A stretch of 64,000 nt of DNA from Phoronis australis (Eukaryota > Animalia > Phoronida), in the NCBI GenBank assembly GCA_002633005.1, contig NMRA01000004.1:2149935-2213934 (forward strand), given 5' to 3'. The translations under genes were made by a program, and so were the position numbers. Below, one piece after another: positions 13,606-27,582 of this stretch. How positions within the stretch are numbered: the stretch's first letter is position 1; every line of letters begins with the position of its first letter. Under the pieces are notes generated by a model that did no database searches, had not been told where the DNA came from, and worked only from the letters and a program-made list of their open reading frames with translations.

Positions 13606-15011
13606 AATTTTGGCGTCGTATTTATGAAAAATAACCACGCAAATATTAATGATCAACAACTGTGTTACCTACTCGGCTCGCAATCCCTCGGTGAGATAGT
13701 TGTTTTGGTCAAATGTCACGCCACGCATCACGTGACATCCGGGTCAAAAGCAACGGACAACTTGCATTTGTGGATGCGAAACTTTTGAAATTAACCTTGC
13801 TGCTCAGTCGTAGTCTATTGTGTGACAGGTTTACAGATTTTGGTTCGCAAAGCTTACAGTGGTAGTGTCCTTGTGTTTTGTGAGGGAATGGCTAGCAACT
13901 TTCTCAGAAACATTCTTTGAAATTATAAAAAAATCAAATAAGCGCATAAAGGGGGGGGAGGAGCCCCCTCCCACGCCTTGGTGCCGCAAGCAAAATGAAA
14001 CAGCAACAGCGTGGGGCGTGAGGAAGTATTGAGTTCATCAACTAGAACCTGTAGCTGATGATCGGCGGGTCTCAGACCCCAGATCGCGGCGAAATTGAGT
14101 TCCTCGTTTTTTATTTTTTTAGTCCATCGATAATAGATTTTCCGAACAGAAGGTCCACATCCCCGGTACCCCGAAACTTGCGGGCCGCCTGTGCATATAC
14201 AATCGCTCTTTGCCCAATTCTCCTAGACAACATATGTTGGGCCCCCGTTCTGGTATCTTAGATCCGCCGCAGAGTCATCAATAATCTTTAAGCTGTTATC
14301 AACTAAGACNAATTTTGGCGTCGTATTTATGAAAAATAACCACGCAAATATTAATGATCAACACTGTGTTACCTACTCGGCTCGCAATCCCTCGGTGAGA
14401 TAGTTGTTTTGGTCAAATGTCACGCCACGCATCACGTGACATCCGGGTCAAAAGCAACGGCAACTTGCGTTTGTGGACGCGAAACTTTTGAAATTAACCT
14501 TGCTGCTCAGTCGTAGTCTATTGTGTGACAGGTTTACAGATTTTGGTTCGCAAATCTTACATTGGTAGTGTCCTTGTGTTTTGTGAGGGAATGGCTAGCA
14601 ACTTTCTCAGAAACATTCTTTGAAATTATAAGGAAATCACATAAGCGCATAAAGGGGGGGAGGAGCCCCCTCCCACGCCTTGGTGCCGCAAGCAAAATGA
14701 AACAGCAACAGCGTGGGGCGTGAGGAAGTATTGAGTTCATCAACTAGAACCTGTAGCTGATGATCGGGAGGTCTCAGACCCCAGATCGCGGCGAAATTGA
14801 GTTCCTCGTTTTTTATTTTTTTAGTCCATCGTTAATAGATTTTCCGAACAGAAGGTCCACGTCCCCGGTACCCCGAAACTTGCGGGCCGCCTGTGCATAT
14901 ACAATCGCTCTTTGTCCAATTCTCCGAGACAACATATGTTGGGCCCCCGTTCTGGTATCTTAGATCCGCCGCAGAGTCATCAATAATCTTTAAGCTGTTA
15001 TCAACTAAGAC
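13606..15011. repeat. ~700-bp tandem duplication (13606-14309 / 14311-15011) separated by a single N
   Basis: Both copies start AATTTTGGCGTCGTATTTATG and end TCAACTAAGAC, with scattered substitutions and 1-bp indels. Near-identical ORFs at 14058 and 14760. Confidence 0.95.
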
Positions 15012-16519
15012 AGTATCCTCATCTCAACTGACCCAGTATAAAGGCGGTAGTCTCCCATAGGCCTTTCATTCACACATGCTTTTTGGCAAAGTACCCCACA
15101 AGTACAATTTACGCTTTGAAGGACATCTTAGAAGATCGTTTATTTCTTGAATATGACGCCATAGCCCTTGGCGCGAACAGTGTCAAACTGACCAACTGCC
15201 GATTTCGGCATATCCCTTGGCGCGAGGAGTGTAAAGAGGGCCAATTGCCGATTTCAGCAATTAAACGATACGGACTCTTCGAAAAAAGTACAGTTTGTTG
15301 ACCACTTGAACTACTTTTCTTGCAACCATGGATTTTTGTAAACATTCTACCACTTCCTGCAGGCAAAGCAGGTTTTGACTGGAAACTCAGGTACATAGTA
15401 CACCTCAGACTTTTCGGGTTAGGGAAAAGACGGTCTGGCCATTTTCTTCCCATTTTTGGAATCCGGAGCGCTTTGGCATTCTGAATGTTTTGTCTGCTGG
15501 TGTCTACTAGTTGCATGCAAGTCGTGGTTTTGAGTTCAATGAAAACTACCAATTTTGTACTTTCCTACTTTTTTGGCGTCGCCAGCTAGGTTTGTTGTAA
15601 GCATCAAAACAAAATAAACCCATTTTGAATGCATTCTTTCCTGACTGTAGGCAAGCTTTATGTATGGCCAATACCTGCATCTGTTTCATATGTTGGGGTT
15701 TTGTTGTAGAAAAGAAACTGCTTCCCTCAGTTCACCTTGCCTGAGGAGGCCAAAATGAGGAAAGACTGTTGAGTGCCCTCGAAGTGCATGTAATCTCGAA
15801 ACTTGACTTGCCATTGGAAAAGTTAAACAAAATATGGTGTGTTTCAGCAAATTGGGGTCTCAACATTGAAATTTTAGGGGTTTTGTGGTATTACATTGGT
15901 GATTTTAGGGCATACATGTACATTTTAGGTAATATCTCTGAACTTCAAAACTAGCCTCAAACAAGTTGTCAGTCAGAGAAAGGCCTAACCAAAACTGCCA
16001 CGTTTAGCACTAAATGCAGACCAGTATACAGTATTTAAAAGCAGATCTCAAATTCCAATCTTACGAGTGTCTACACACAGAATTTCAATTTCAAATATGT
16101 TTTGATATACATGTAGCAGGAGTATTAACCAACGTCTTGCCACTTGTGATTGGCCTGAAAATTGGTCTCCGAGTTTTCTCCCCTACTGAAACTTTAATTG
16201 TATTTTTGAGTTGCATTTTCTTGGTGACTTCGCTTGAGGCTTTATGACCACTAATGCCAAACTTTGTCACCACCTTTTTCAGGTTTGAATTTTGCCATTC
16301 AAAAATGCAACTTTCATGACATGAAAAAACGCAAACTATGCCTATACAGCCAGATGGGCCATAACTTGGACACCAAAGGTCATTAAACACAAATATTTCA
16401 GCAGTGTACTTTGAGCCATCATCCCAACACATACACAAAATATTAGCCCCATATGGTTTTTTCAGTATTTAGCGAATTTTTACTTACATACGTTTTACAT
16501 GTATATGTTTAATTAAACC

Positions 16520-17105
16520 CCAAAATGAATTGATGATTTTTATTTAAAGTTTAACAACTTGGAAATTGAAAGAGTTAGTTCATTCAATTTACTTGGTGTT
16601 ACCGTCAACGACAACCCGTTATGGATACTACACATAAAGAATGATGTTGAGAAAGATAAGCAGATTCTGTGGTGTTCTTATTATCATTAGACATCTCCTG
16701 GCCTTTGAAACTTTGAAAAGTTTATATATTGGTCTTGTCTTTCCTTATTCTAATTAAAGCGCTTTGTGAGGGGGTATGAACATTATAGAATGTATTATTG
16801 CTATAATCAAATTTTTTACTATAATGTTCATAACTACTTACCTTTATTTTTAACAAGTTCCATTTTATAACCCGTGGGTCTATTCATGAACAATACACTA
16901 GGCAATGACATCTACTTACACCTCGTTGCAATAAAGCAGTACAAGACACTGCCTTGCCTCATATCATTAATAACCTTCCTGAAAGTTTTTCTCAAGACAT
17001 GTTTACCCATTCGTTATCTTCTGTTGTAAACTATTTTAAGAACGTTTGCTTGGGAAGTTATGAACTGAAAGTGCACAATTCCTAACTGCTTTGTATGTAA
17101 TTACT
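16520..17105 (+). mobile_element. Degenerate 3' fragment of a CR1/L2-type LINE ORF2 (RT thumb/C-terminal region)
   Basis: Translation with frameshifts and stops gives IERVSSFNLLGVTVNDNPLWILHI...SRFCGVLIIIRHLL..ETLKSLYIGLVFPY, matching the recalled IERVxxFKFLGVxIDxxLxWxxHI..KISRxxG pattern. Ends in NCFVCN. Confidence 0.75.
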
Positions 17106-17224
17106 TTCTAAATGCTCTCCTAGTCTTTTTACGTGTAGTTTTAAATTGCATTATCACCTAAATTTGTAATTCTGATTATCTGTAACATTTTTTTTTCTCT
17201 TGAGGCCACGTGGTCATCGAATCC

Positions 17225-17266
17225 TACTTCTACTACTGCTGCTGCTGCGGCTGCTGCTGCTGTTGC
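17225..17266. repeat. (CTA)/(CTG) trinucleotide microsatellite
   Basis: tactactgctgctgctgcggctgctgctgctgttgc. Confidence 0.8.
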
Positions 17267-19101
17267 ATTTCGGCAGTGTGTACATTCACCTGGTAGTTTG
17301 CTTTCTCCATGTATGACTAAATTATTTAAAAATGCCCGCACATTTTCTGTAAAGAAAGTTTATGTGGACGGAACTGCTATATACAGTACGTTGAGAAGTA
17401 AAGGACGCTTTGACCGTCTCCATCAGCCAAAAGCTGAGAAACCCTCCTCTGGTACCCGTGGTAGATGCAAATGAAACATGTACATCTACCCCGAGTACAA
17501 GAGTAACAAAGTCTTGGTAGACAGACCAAAGGTAAAGTTAAAACGGTTTATCCCAACAACACAAGACTTCGATCTTAAATCTGATCATGAGAAGTCATTC
17601 AACAGTTCAATTTTACGGATAAGTCAGAAGTGAGATTCGTTCCCGAGCGATTGCCAGAATAACGAGGCCGTCTATGCGAATGAGCTAAGCGTGTTTGACA
17701 GGGAGTAATTAATTTGAGTAAACAGTTTATGTTCCAATGAGTATGCGATATCAGAATGATTAAGTTAACTTGCTATACAGTAAGGAAATTCTGATAGATG
17801 GTGAAAACAATGAAAATACGTTTCTATAGGGAAGACTAAGACAGCCAAAATCCTTATTAGAAGCAAAGGCGACAAGCCCGGCCGGGACCGACACCTGTTT
17901 TAGGAGGCCAGAACCACCTATTGCCACCGGTGGTAGTGAAAAGTAAACTTTCATCAAGTGACACATTAAATTCTGATATTTGCTTATGCAACTTGATAGT
18001 AGATAGATTTTCAATTTTCATCAGGTCTTCGGCAAATTTGGGTGGCGGCCGACTTCCAACAATGTACAAGTGTGAACGACCGAGTGATAAAAAGTACTAA
18101 GTTCTCCCGTCGCTCAGAGCCATCTTTTGGTCAGGTTGCGTTTTAGAATAATTAATCGCGGAATTTTTATTGTGACTGTGATATCGATTATACAATTTCT
18201 AGACGTTCATATCCTAATAATTAGATATTAGTTTAGAAAAGAATAAATTTTGCGGTAAAGTGATGCATCACATGTTTGCGAGGAAGAAAAAATCAAGCAC
18301 AGGTGCCCGTTATTGTAGTTCATGACAGGAGCGTTCTGTTTTATGATCGAATTTTTTTTGAAACATCGCCATGCAGGTTTTTTTCAACTGCTTTCCATTT
18401 TTATCGCCTAACAATGCCGGTGTCGGTTTTCAGCCAAGCGATGGGATACAAAGAGCGCTTTCGGTAGCCGCGACAAGTGCCAAGTATTTGCATCAGGTTC
18501 ACGACTAATCGGTAAACCAACCCTTAAACAGGGTCAGAATTTGCAAAGTGAAAATGTAGAATCAAGTGTCATACATGTCGTACTGCAATTGGACGTCAGA
18601 CACTATCCCGCATGCGTCGAAATAGCGATCGCGTGAACGTGTTTAAGAAATAATACGCGGGAATATAACGGCACGGAAATCAAGCCGTGCTAAAGACCTT
18701 ATCCACATAATGATCAGACGTTTTCCTTCTCGCTTGTCACTCCACCATTTGCATTTTTAACCTACCGGTGAACTAATGAACTAAGGCATATCACTGGGCT
18801 CATTGGCTGGCATTCAGGTCACTACATGACGTTATCATGTCGAAAACTAAGGTTAGAAGATGGCACTCGGTTTGATTCATTGTTGTTAGACGCAGGTAAA
18901 AAGAAGCAAAATATACCTGGTAAAACAGTTTGCAGTTTTCCGAACTTGTCAAGGTAATTTAATTGCTTAGTACTAACACACTGAGCAAGAACTGTCCTAC
19001 CATTCTTTTAGTTTATACCCGTTTTACCAAGTCGTAAAATGCCCTCCGGTAGAGCTTCAGCTGAATATTAGATAATTCACGACAGGATGGTTAAAGTCCT
19101 G

Positions 19102-20998
19102 GGGCCTGTTCCAAGAAACTGACTTAAATTCATTTTTGACTTATGTTTAAGATTTGTCTTAAATTCCATACTTTGAAACTCCCACAATCGGTAAGTTAGT
19201 CAAAATTAAGAAAAAACCTATGTCACACACGTAGGTCGAACTTAAAGGAGAATGCCACCCGCTTTAATTAGTCTTTTTTGCCGTCTTAATCGGTCTATAT
19301 CCACATCGCCTCGCATACGGTTGACCTTACCTTGCCAAGAGGTGTCACGTTAAGCTGTGAGGAAGGTGAGAGACGACGCTAACGACGTCAGTGGTTCATA
19401 TGCAGAGTGAATGCCGCGATGCTGCGATGCATCGTTCCCGCTTGTCCGAACTATGCAGCTGCGAGAAAAGCGGGTATATCGTTTTTCTTTTACTTTCTCG
19501 AAAGGCCGAAATGCTTAGGAAGTGGCTCATGATAGTGAAGAATGAAATGTACGCTGTAAATAGCAAGTATGAGGCCGTGAAACATCTCCGTGTCTGTGGC
19601 CTGCAGACGTCGACAGTGCCTGACGAATGCCGGCTTATCAAATAACTCCATATGTTCCATTGTCTGAGCTTGTTCACGGCGCCTCTCTAGTATTTATTCA
19701 TCACTGTATCCCTGTTCGTATTGATAGCCTGTAAAACTTACGATCCACCTGCGAAGTCGGAACTGATGAGCTCAAGCTCGGGATTGCGATCGAGTTGACA
19801 TGTTGACGTTTATTATTGAGCGTTCTGTTTCAAAATGAATTATTCTCACCCTATCCAATACTTACATAAAACTGAAACAAAGTCTGTCTCATTAGATGCA
19901 ATTTGTAATGCCTTTGGAGTGTTCGTGAGTGCAAAGGACTTGAGAAGCCAGCAATGAATAAATCACTGTGTTACCGGCTTTAGGCGCAATAGAACTAATT
20001 GACGGGACACCGAGGCCGTGTGAGCTCATGCTAATTTAGTATTTGCTGGCAGAAACTGTTGTGAAACAACTCGATTTCCATCCTACGTCCAGGTGTTAGG
20101 GGAATCTTTATTTCCTTTTACATTACTCAAATAATGATTGTCAATGTACAACTTCTGCCCTGACGGTGCTGTGGCCAAAGCGGAATTCGCGGCCCCCGAC
20201 GAGTACATGTAAGTGGCTAATTCACCAACATAATCAGGTGCACATTACTTTGGCTCACTAGTACAGTATTTTCTTGACTGGAAGTTTAGTTTCCACTGAA
20301 CTTTGGCTGCTTTATGTTCGTGATGTCTGATCAGTTTCCGAGCCACTGGCCGGGACAACGAGTCAATCCGGCCGGCAGCGACGGGCCTGATCGGGCTCCG
20401 AGCCACTCGCCAGGATAACAAGCGTTTTGTTATAAATCAAAAAATCACAAGTCTAAACAACACAGATCTACGTTCTCCTGTCTCTACCTCACGGAAAATA
20501 CTTCGAAATTATCTCCGAACAGACCCCAAACTTCTGCTACGGACCTTATTGGCTTTCCGAACTTTGTAGGCTACGGTGTGTCCAAATACCAATAAATCCG
20601 TAAGAACGAAATGAAACAACACGTTTTTATAAGGACTCGGTGTATTTTTAAGGGTTTTACATCGAAGTCTGATGATTTATTGGTTGTTACACGATGACTT
20701 CAAGCGATAAGCTGACACCAGTAACCCGTGTTGTGAACTGCTGAACAAACTGCGTGTGAAACCGATGACGTCATTGGAAATTTCAACATCTCCGTGTGCC
20801 GTCAGGTGTCAGGTAACGCAACCGTACGTGTCGTTACGGAGTAGAACTACTCGATCTAAATTGATACAAATTAGGTTGTTTTTAGGGTGGCATGCTCCTT
20901 TAAGATCTTTTTCTTGAGTTGCTTTTGAGACTTGTATTTTAAAATTTACTAAAATTGAAGATTTGTCTTAGCTAAGTCAGTTTTGTTGGAACGGTCCC
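19102..20998. mobile_element. PIF/Harbinger (Tourist-like) MITE split by a Kolobok-type insertion
   Basis: Ends GGGCCTGTTCCAAGAAACTGACTTA / TAAGTCAGTTTTGTTGGAACGGTCCC with CTG/CTG TSD. The two halves match the intact inverted copy at 23676-23923. Confidence 0.8.
19246..20899. mobile_element. Non-autonomous Kolobok-type DNA transposon, copy 1
   Basis: TTAA|AGGAGAATGCCACCC...GGGTGGCATGCTCCT|TTAA. TTAA TSD with purine-purine ends fits Kolobok rather than piggyBac (CC..GG). Internal homology to 43705-45509 in inverted orientation. Confidence 0.85.
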
Positions 20999-21070
20999 CT
21001 GGTCTCACATGTTGTTAACACTTATTACATGATTAGAGGATGTTATAAGGATCCAAGAAGTACCTACCCC

Positions 21071-21227
21071 CAGGGGCGGATCCAGGATTTTGAGTTCGAG
21101 GGGGCAGGGCAGAGTATTAGGCAGGATTTTGCCCGTCAGACATTCGCACCCCCGAACTGCCAAATGGCATCTGGGATAATTTTAGGGGGGCCATGACCCC
21201 CTTGGCCCCCCTCTAAATCCGCCAGTG
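21071..21227. mobile_element. CAG-terminal MITE, ~155-bp subfamily
   Basis: CAGGGGCGGATCCAGGATTTT...TAAATCCGCCAGTG with 5-bp TSD ACCCC. Siblings at 42965 and 46753. Confidence 0.85.
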
Positions 21228-23675
21228 ACCCCATAACTAATACTTCATCCGTACTCGAAAAAGTTTAAACGAACGCACCACTCACGATTCGCACCCGAAG
21301 AACCACCGCCATTTTGAAGTTACCGCGAACCCGAAAGTACATGTACAATTCATTCAGGAACCCGGGCTAAGAAAACGCTGCCAGTGTGAATGGACGAGTG
21401 CCTGTTAACAGCCTGCAAATGTGGATAAAATAATCGACAGCGCGCCTAATTTTAATAAAATCAAAATACGGGCAATTTTATCGAATTTTCTGAAGAAATG
21501 TGGCGAATGAATTTTGACAGAAATTGTTTTGCCGGACTCGGGACCGCAACCTGTCGGAGCCGGTGCTGATCGAGACCAGACATTGGCGAACTGTAAAGGC
21601 ATGCGGTGGCAAGCTGTTGTGTAGAAGTAAAATGTTCAAATCATAAATGCCGTATACATTCAAAGGTAGTTTCAGACACTTGCATAAAATTACGGGCTGG
21701 TTAGTCCTGAGTCACACTGCCGCGGCAGCCCTTAGCTAGCCTCGGTGCCAGCTACCACTATGAAGACTAACTACAGCTTGTTGATAGACCTATACAGCTT
21801 TGCGTCAAGTCTACCCTTAGGCCTACCTGGTCGCTGGCCACAGCGCTCGCTCAAACAAGATTTATTTAGCACTTCAGTACATGTACTTCTAGCGAACTTT
21901 GCAAAGTTATTGGCTTTCAACAGAGATTTTCCCAGACTTAGTATGAGCGCACCAAGCCTAAAAAATGAGGGGCTGGAATGTTTGGGAATTTCTATCTTTT
22001 ACTATAAGATTCACTGGGTATGTTCAGAGCTATGAATTACAGACGCTAAATTTTCTGTCTTCTAGTGAAATATTGTCTCGTTTTCTAATTTTTTCAGAGT
22101 TCATTGTTCTTTAACTGAGACAAACCTTTTTCCATTTCTCCAAATAGGAGGCTCGTTCGAGCACATACATGTAAGTATGACAAGTCCAATACAAAATGAT
22201 ATCATTTTTCATTCATTAAGCCAAAATGATTCAACCCTTTAACATAATAGGTAGCTTAAAACGCACAATACTTTACAACATTTAGCATTACAAACACTAT
22301 TCACTAGAACAGCAAAAGTTTCCATGATATGAAAGTGAACATACACGTACATGTATTTCCATGGTGATCGAATAGTGTTTCCTTACACCAGAATTTGACA
22401 AGCATGATTAAAAAATATGAAGTTGCAAGGAACAAGAATTGGAGGCTTGAAGCTTCACAATCCAACCTAGCTTATTTCTCAACTTAAGATTATTCATATT
22501 ATTGACTTGATAACCTGAATTAAAAAGCAATAAGTTACAAAACATGACTTTAAAGCAATTGAGACTTAATATTTAGAAAAAAACATGAATCATTTTGTGA
22601 CACATAATCAAGCCTTGAACAGCAGTTGACAGTCAAACAAAAAATCATTTCAAAATTATTTCAACTATTTTTTTAACTTAGTGTAAGATCACCTAAATGG
22701 GACATTCACAGTAAAATATTTCGAATATATCTTACATTTTTGCACCAAAAAAAAAAAAAAAACACGAAAATTGAACACAGTTCCTTTTTTGTAGCAACGT
22801 TTGTCAAAATGTATCATTGTTAGATCTTCACAAATTACAAAATATCTGGTTGAACATGCCTTCCAGTTTGGCACAAGTCGCCATAATGAGACGAAGTCCA
22901 ACGGGAATTGTGAGCACATTTATCCCTTAATGAGTAACAACTGCGAGGCTGAAATTTGGTGAACACTGTTGAATCGTGCAGAATAGTAAGTAAATATATG
23001 TCTCACTAATTTCACCGTAAAGTGTTGGCGAAAACAATTTACACAAAGTTTTAAACTCGTAACTTATCCGGCTGTCCTCCAATATAGCCGACGCGATCCA
23101 AACAAAGTGACCCAAATTTCGTCACAAAAATTGCAGTAACTTTACACTGCTTGCCCCGATGTTGATACTGTTGATGATAGCAAACTACTTCTTCAAAACG
23201 AGAAAAAAATCAAAACGAAAAAACTTGGTTCGACTCATATTGATTCCTAGGTTCGACCGCCCTACGTAAGGCAATAAACACCAGCGGCTATTTTAACATA
23301 AGTGCGCGTAGCATTCCGAAAAAATCAACCACCACTAACTAAAAACAATAAATACACTACATATGCAAACGAATCACGAGATATAACTAATAAAACAAAA
23401 TAATGAAGACTTTTCGAGCAAGCGATAGCACATTCAGTTACATGGAAAAATGGCGGCGTTCAGGAAAAGTTCCTGAATTGATGACCCGGAAATGTGGGTA
23501 CGGAAATAACCGATGACAGCCTGTAATTATACGCTCACAGAGAAGGGTCAAATACCGTTAAAAATTCGCTATTGGCAAGAAAGGCGAACAAAAAATAACG
23601 AAAGGGTGTCGAAAATAAGATTTTATTTAGTAAGTATTTTCGGATACTGGAACCACATGGGCATTTTGAGACCAG

Positions 23676-23923
23676 GGGCCCGTTCCAACAAAACTGACTT
23701 AGCTAAGACAAATCTCAAATTTTAGTAAATTTTAAAATACGACTTAAATTTGTCTCGATACTGTTTCAGGAAAGTGATCTTATGTTTGAAGTAAATATTC
23801 GATAAAAGTTTTGTCTTAATTTTAACTATCTTACCGGATGTGAAAGTTTCAAAGTATGGAAGTTAAGACAAATCTTAGACTTAAGTCAAAAATGAACTTA
23901 AGTCAGTTTCTTGGATCTGGCCC
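23676..23923. mobile_element. Intact PIF/Harbinger MITE
   Basis: GGGCCCGTTCCAACAAAACTGACTTA...TAAGTCAGTTTCTTGGATCTGGCCC with CAG/CAG TSD. Confidence 0.85.
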
Positions 23924-24270
23924 CAGAACTTTAAGAAAAGATACGATGAAGTCATATGAACCACTTAACACTGATTGGTTGGATTTTTTTCCGGGGCGCT
24001 CAAAGAGGCTACGGATTTTGAGCGGTGTAATTTGCATCGCAATTAATTACTTTTTGTGGTATGTAGAAAGCAAAAACTATACTTTTTATGAACAATACTT
24101 AAATTTCTGGTGTCTAAAAGGTGTTTTAGCCCCTGGAGGCTATCTTTAAACTGCGGTTCACGTGCATAGCTTTTACGCACGTGTCGATATTGCACGCGGC
24201 TAGTTACATTTAATGGATTATAGAAAAAGTATGAAGTTCATTTGACGAACTACGAACCACTTATACAATC

Positions 24271-24336
24271 ATGAAGTACAACGAACGTATCAGTAACTTA
24301 ACAACAGTTCTGATGTATTTTCTTGGTCTCTTCTGG
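24271..24336 (+). CDS. Tetraspanin coding exon 1 (N-terminus, TM1 start)
   Basis: MKYNERISNLTTVLMYFLGLFW|gtacgt. Ends at FW in phase 0, the usual tetraspanin intron position. In-frame TGA upstream at 24232. Confidence 0.75.
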
Positions 24337-25124
24337 GTACGTAAGCAATGTTTTACTTAGACTAACGACTTTAGTTCAGTAAGATAATGCTTCCACAGCA
24401 GAATTTGATTTTTCCAATGTACAGCCGGCAAAGGGAAGAGTGTAACTAATAACTTTATTCCAATAGGATGCGGTACTGTACGTGAACATTTGTACTTGTG
24501 AAAAATGTTGTAAAAATACAGGACCACTTGATCAGGTTGAAATTTACAGAAGCACCCTTTTTTGCTCAAGCCCAAGGTTTTAAGCTTCAGATAATGACAA
24601 ACTACTCAGGAGACCTCGCTGTGTGACTATAATTGAGTTTTGTGATGTGTCGAGGGACTGAAGTCGCCACCCAGAACCTCCACAATGATCACCTTTTGCA
24701 CCCATATCCCATACCATTCGCGCTCCTGCCCCGTTATTGACAACTTAAAGTTTTCACCAGATTACAGAGAAAAATGGCTTAAGCTAATGGAAGGGGGGGA
24801 CAGCTGCCCCCCCCTCGACACCCCTTCCGATTGTTCCAAAACCTTCTAAATTAACAAGAACAACATCTTCAAATCCACAACAATGACAAGGATGTAACCA
24901 GTTCAAGAACTGTCTCGGGGCGACTCTCTTAAAAATACACGTCGAGATCTTGCTTTTCTAGGGAGACTTGCTTAAGCGCTTTTAAAATCCACCCATGATG
25001 CATTCTGGAAATTTTACACCTGATACATTTAGCTCCTAGACCATGGCTATCGATTTATTAGAAGACCTTTCGAAATTGATTAAAGTAAAGCATAATTATT
25101 CATTACTCATTGCAAATGCCTTAG

Positions 25125-25361
25125 CTCTTCGGATGGACCACGTTCTGCATCGGGTGGAATTTCGTTAACAGCCAGAGCGAGACAAAACGACTTGCAATGT
25201 CCCTAGGCACAGCGCTGAAGGGGGAAAAGGACTCTAACGACCTAACAACACTTTTGCTGAGTTCTGGATTCATTCTCATGTCAGTTGGCATCTTGAGTGT
25301 AGTCTTCGGCGTTGTTGGCTGTGTAGGAATCACAAAAAGAGCTCACAAGTTGATTTATGTG
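25125..25361 (+). CDS. Tetraspanin exon 2 (TM1 end, EC1, TM2)
   Basis: ttag|LFGWTTFCIGW...GFILMSVGILSVVFGVVGCVGITKRAHKLIYV|gtatgt; 237 nt, phase 0-0. Confidence 0.88.
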
Positions 25362-27071
25362 GTATGTGAACTACGGAAATTCAATGTCTTGTGCTGCTTG
25401 ATGACTTTTTGCTTGCACATGTAATCGCGACAGTAGTGCACCTGAACTTCCCGTAAAACGACTGAACATCATACTGTATATATTACACAGCCCAACTAAA
25501 ACTAGAAAGGTCTCGTGACTGGAGTACCGAAGTTGTTTAGGATAACACCGTTATTCAGCTTGTGTTGAGTTCAGTCGTGAACTGTGACATACACTGTACC
25601 CTAAATTATACCTTGTTTTGGCAAAACTCCGGTCAGTAAGTAAGGTGCAAGTTTCCTAATTGAGCGCGGCCCTACATGTACAGTATATTAAAAATAAGAC
25701 CACGTGAACCTAAGCGTACATCGACAGGGCAACTGGAAGACTCCGAAGACTCACCCCCAGTCGGAATCACATTTCTTCCAATGCCACTCTTCTCGTGTCC
25801 CTGTTAGTAGTCTTTGCTCCTCTCTCACGTCAGTACATTTCAATGAGAACATCGTCCGCAGAATTGGTCCAAGCATTCGCCATTTTGATGTATTTTAGTT
25901 TGAAAATAGGTCACATGACCATCACATGGTCGTTAAAATGCCACCACTAGTTGCAGCGAGGCGTACATCGGGTTAGCTGGGAAACTGAGTGAAACCAGTG
26001 GCGAAAAAGTATTACATGTGCAACTGACGACAACCGAGTCATCAGCTCAACGCCGTCAAACTGATCAGATTTCGTCAGTGGTTCTCAGTTGCCGGTAACC
26101 TGTTTACAACTGGTTGTGTTTAGTTTTAGGCCGATGCACGCAAGTTGTAAAGTCTTACGTACATCGCTGGGCCTTATACGGGTCGCTGTATTTACTTGGC
26201 GAGATACATTTCGCCAATGTATGTTGCTCTTCCACTAAGTTGTTTTTTGGTTGTTCGCACAATACAGGTCGCAATTTACGTCGGATCATCACGAAATTTA
26301 CACATAACACGTACTTCCAGAACTACTGGAAGCCTATTGTTTTTCGTCAAAATCGGATCCAAGGTGGCGGCTGTAGCGGCCATTTTGTTTTCATTTAAAG
26401 GTTCAAATGCTTCTGGAGGCTACAATTTTTTACGCAAAAGGCTAAGAATCGGCACAGTAAATGGACCGGAAGTTTTCTACAAGTATACCTGAAATTGTTT
26501 ACTTCTGATTAAAGATGGCGGAAATATCGGCGATCGCGCATGCGCACCTCGATTTTGGCCTAAAACGTTTTCTCCTGTAGAGGGCGCATTATAAGACCAA
26601 TTCCTTCGAATTGTTACAGGTATTAGTTTCTTATGACATGCTATTATACAAAGCCAAAACCGGAAGTTGCTTTCAAGATGGCGGATCTGGCGCATGTTGA
26701 CCCATTTTCAGTCGTGCTGGAGTGCGATTTTAAACGGGAAGAGAAAAAGACGTGATTTTTTGCATGTGGATTCTTTGAAGTATATTCTTTCAAATGGCCT
26801 GTAACAATTTTTTTCTCAGACTTACATGTACCGTTTTCGAGTTATTTGACTTTGAATTTCTTATAAAAAAACGCAAAATTTCATCTTTTTCGAAAAATAT
26901 ACGGAATTAGGCGATACCATCAGTTTAGATAGAGTTTGAACGGGCTTTCAGAAAATGTTTCCATTTTTCGTTAGGACTTCTACTTTTTGAGTTATTTGAG
27001 ATTTTCTGATAACGCTGTTCCTTTGTTGAGCGCTTTTTCTGCATTGATGTTGGTTTATCTTCTATTGAACT

Positions 27072-27400
27072 AGACTGTAGTCTATTTCTTATTGATTTAT
27101 GACATCTAAGTTCGTCATATGAATGCTGTGATGTTGTTCATCATCGCCACCACCATCATCATATTCGTCATCATCGTCATCATCTTCGTCATCATCTTCG
27201 TCATTGTCTTTTACGTTAATTTCGCCAAGTGTCGCTCAAGACTGTAGCCTTTTTCTTACTGCTTTCGGACTTCTACTTTCGTCATGTGTATGTTATTATT
27301 ACTTCTTTTGCTCATTCTCGCCACCATCGTCGTCATATTGTCATCTTCGTCATCATCTTCATCGTCATCTTTTTGGTTAATTTTGCCAAGTTTCGCTCAT
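27072..27400. repeat. Diverged ~165-bp tandem duplication with (TCA/TCG) low-complexity cores
   Basis: Two units, each starting AGACTGTAG and ending GTTAATTT.GCCAAGT.TCGCTCA, in tetraspanin intron 2. Confidence 0.7.
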
Positions 27401-27582
27401 CGGAGCACTTTCATTGTTTTCTTTTGTTTTATAGTTTATTCAAAAATTTCATCGGTCACTTTGACATAATTCATAACAACTAAGATGTACATGTGTACGA
27501 GACAGATACAAGAAGGCAGTTCTGTGTTCATGAGTGACCCACATGTGCTCAAGGATCGTTTGATACTGCCTTTTCCTTCTAG

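Noticed and set aside
15109-15552. 147-aa minus-strand ORF
   Set aside because: No recognisable domain; contains a ~48-bp internal duplication and lies in probable transposon-derived sequence.
27229-27483. Signal-peptide-like / poly-Ser ORFs
   Set aside because: Products of low-complexity trinucleotide sequence inside an intronic tandem duplication.
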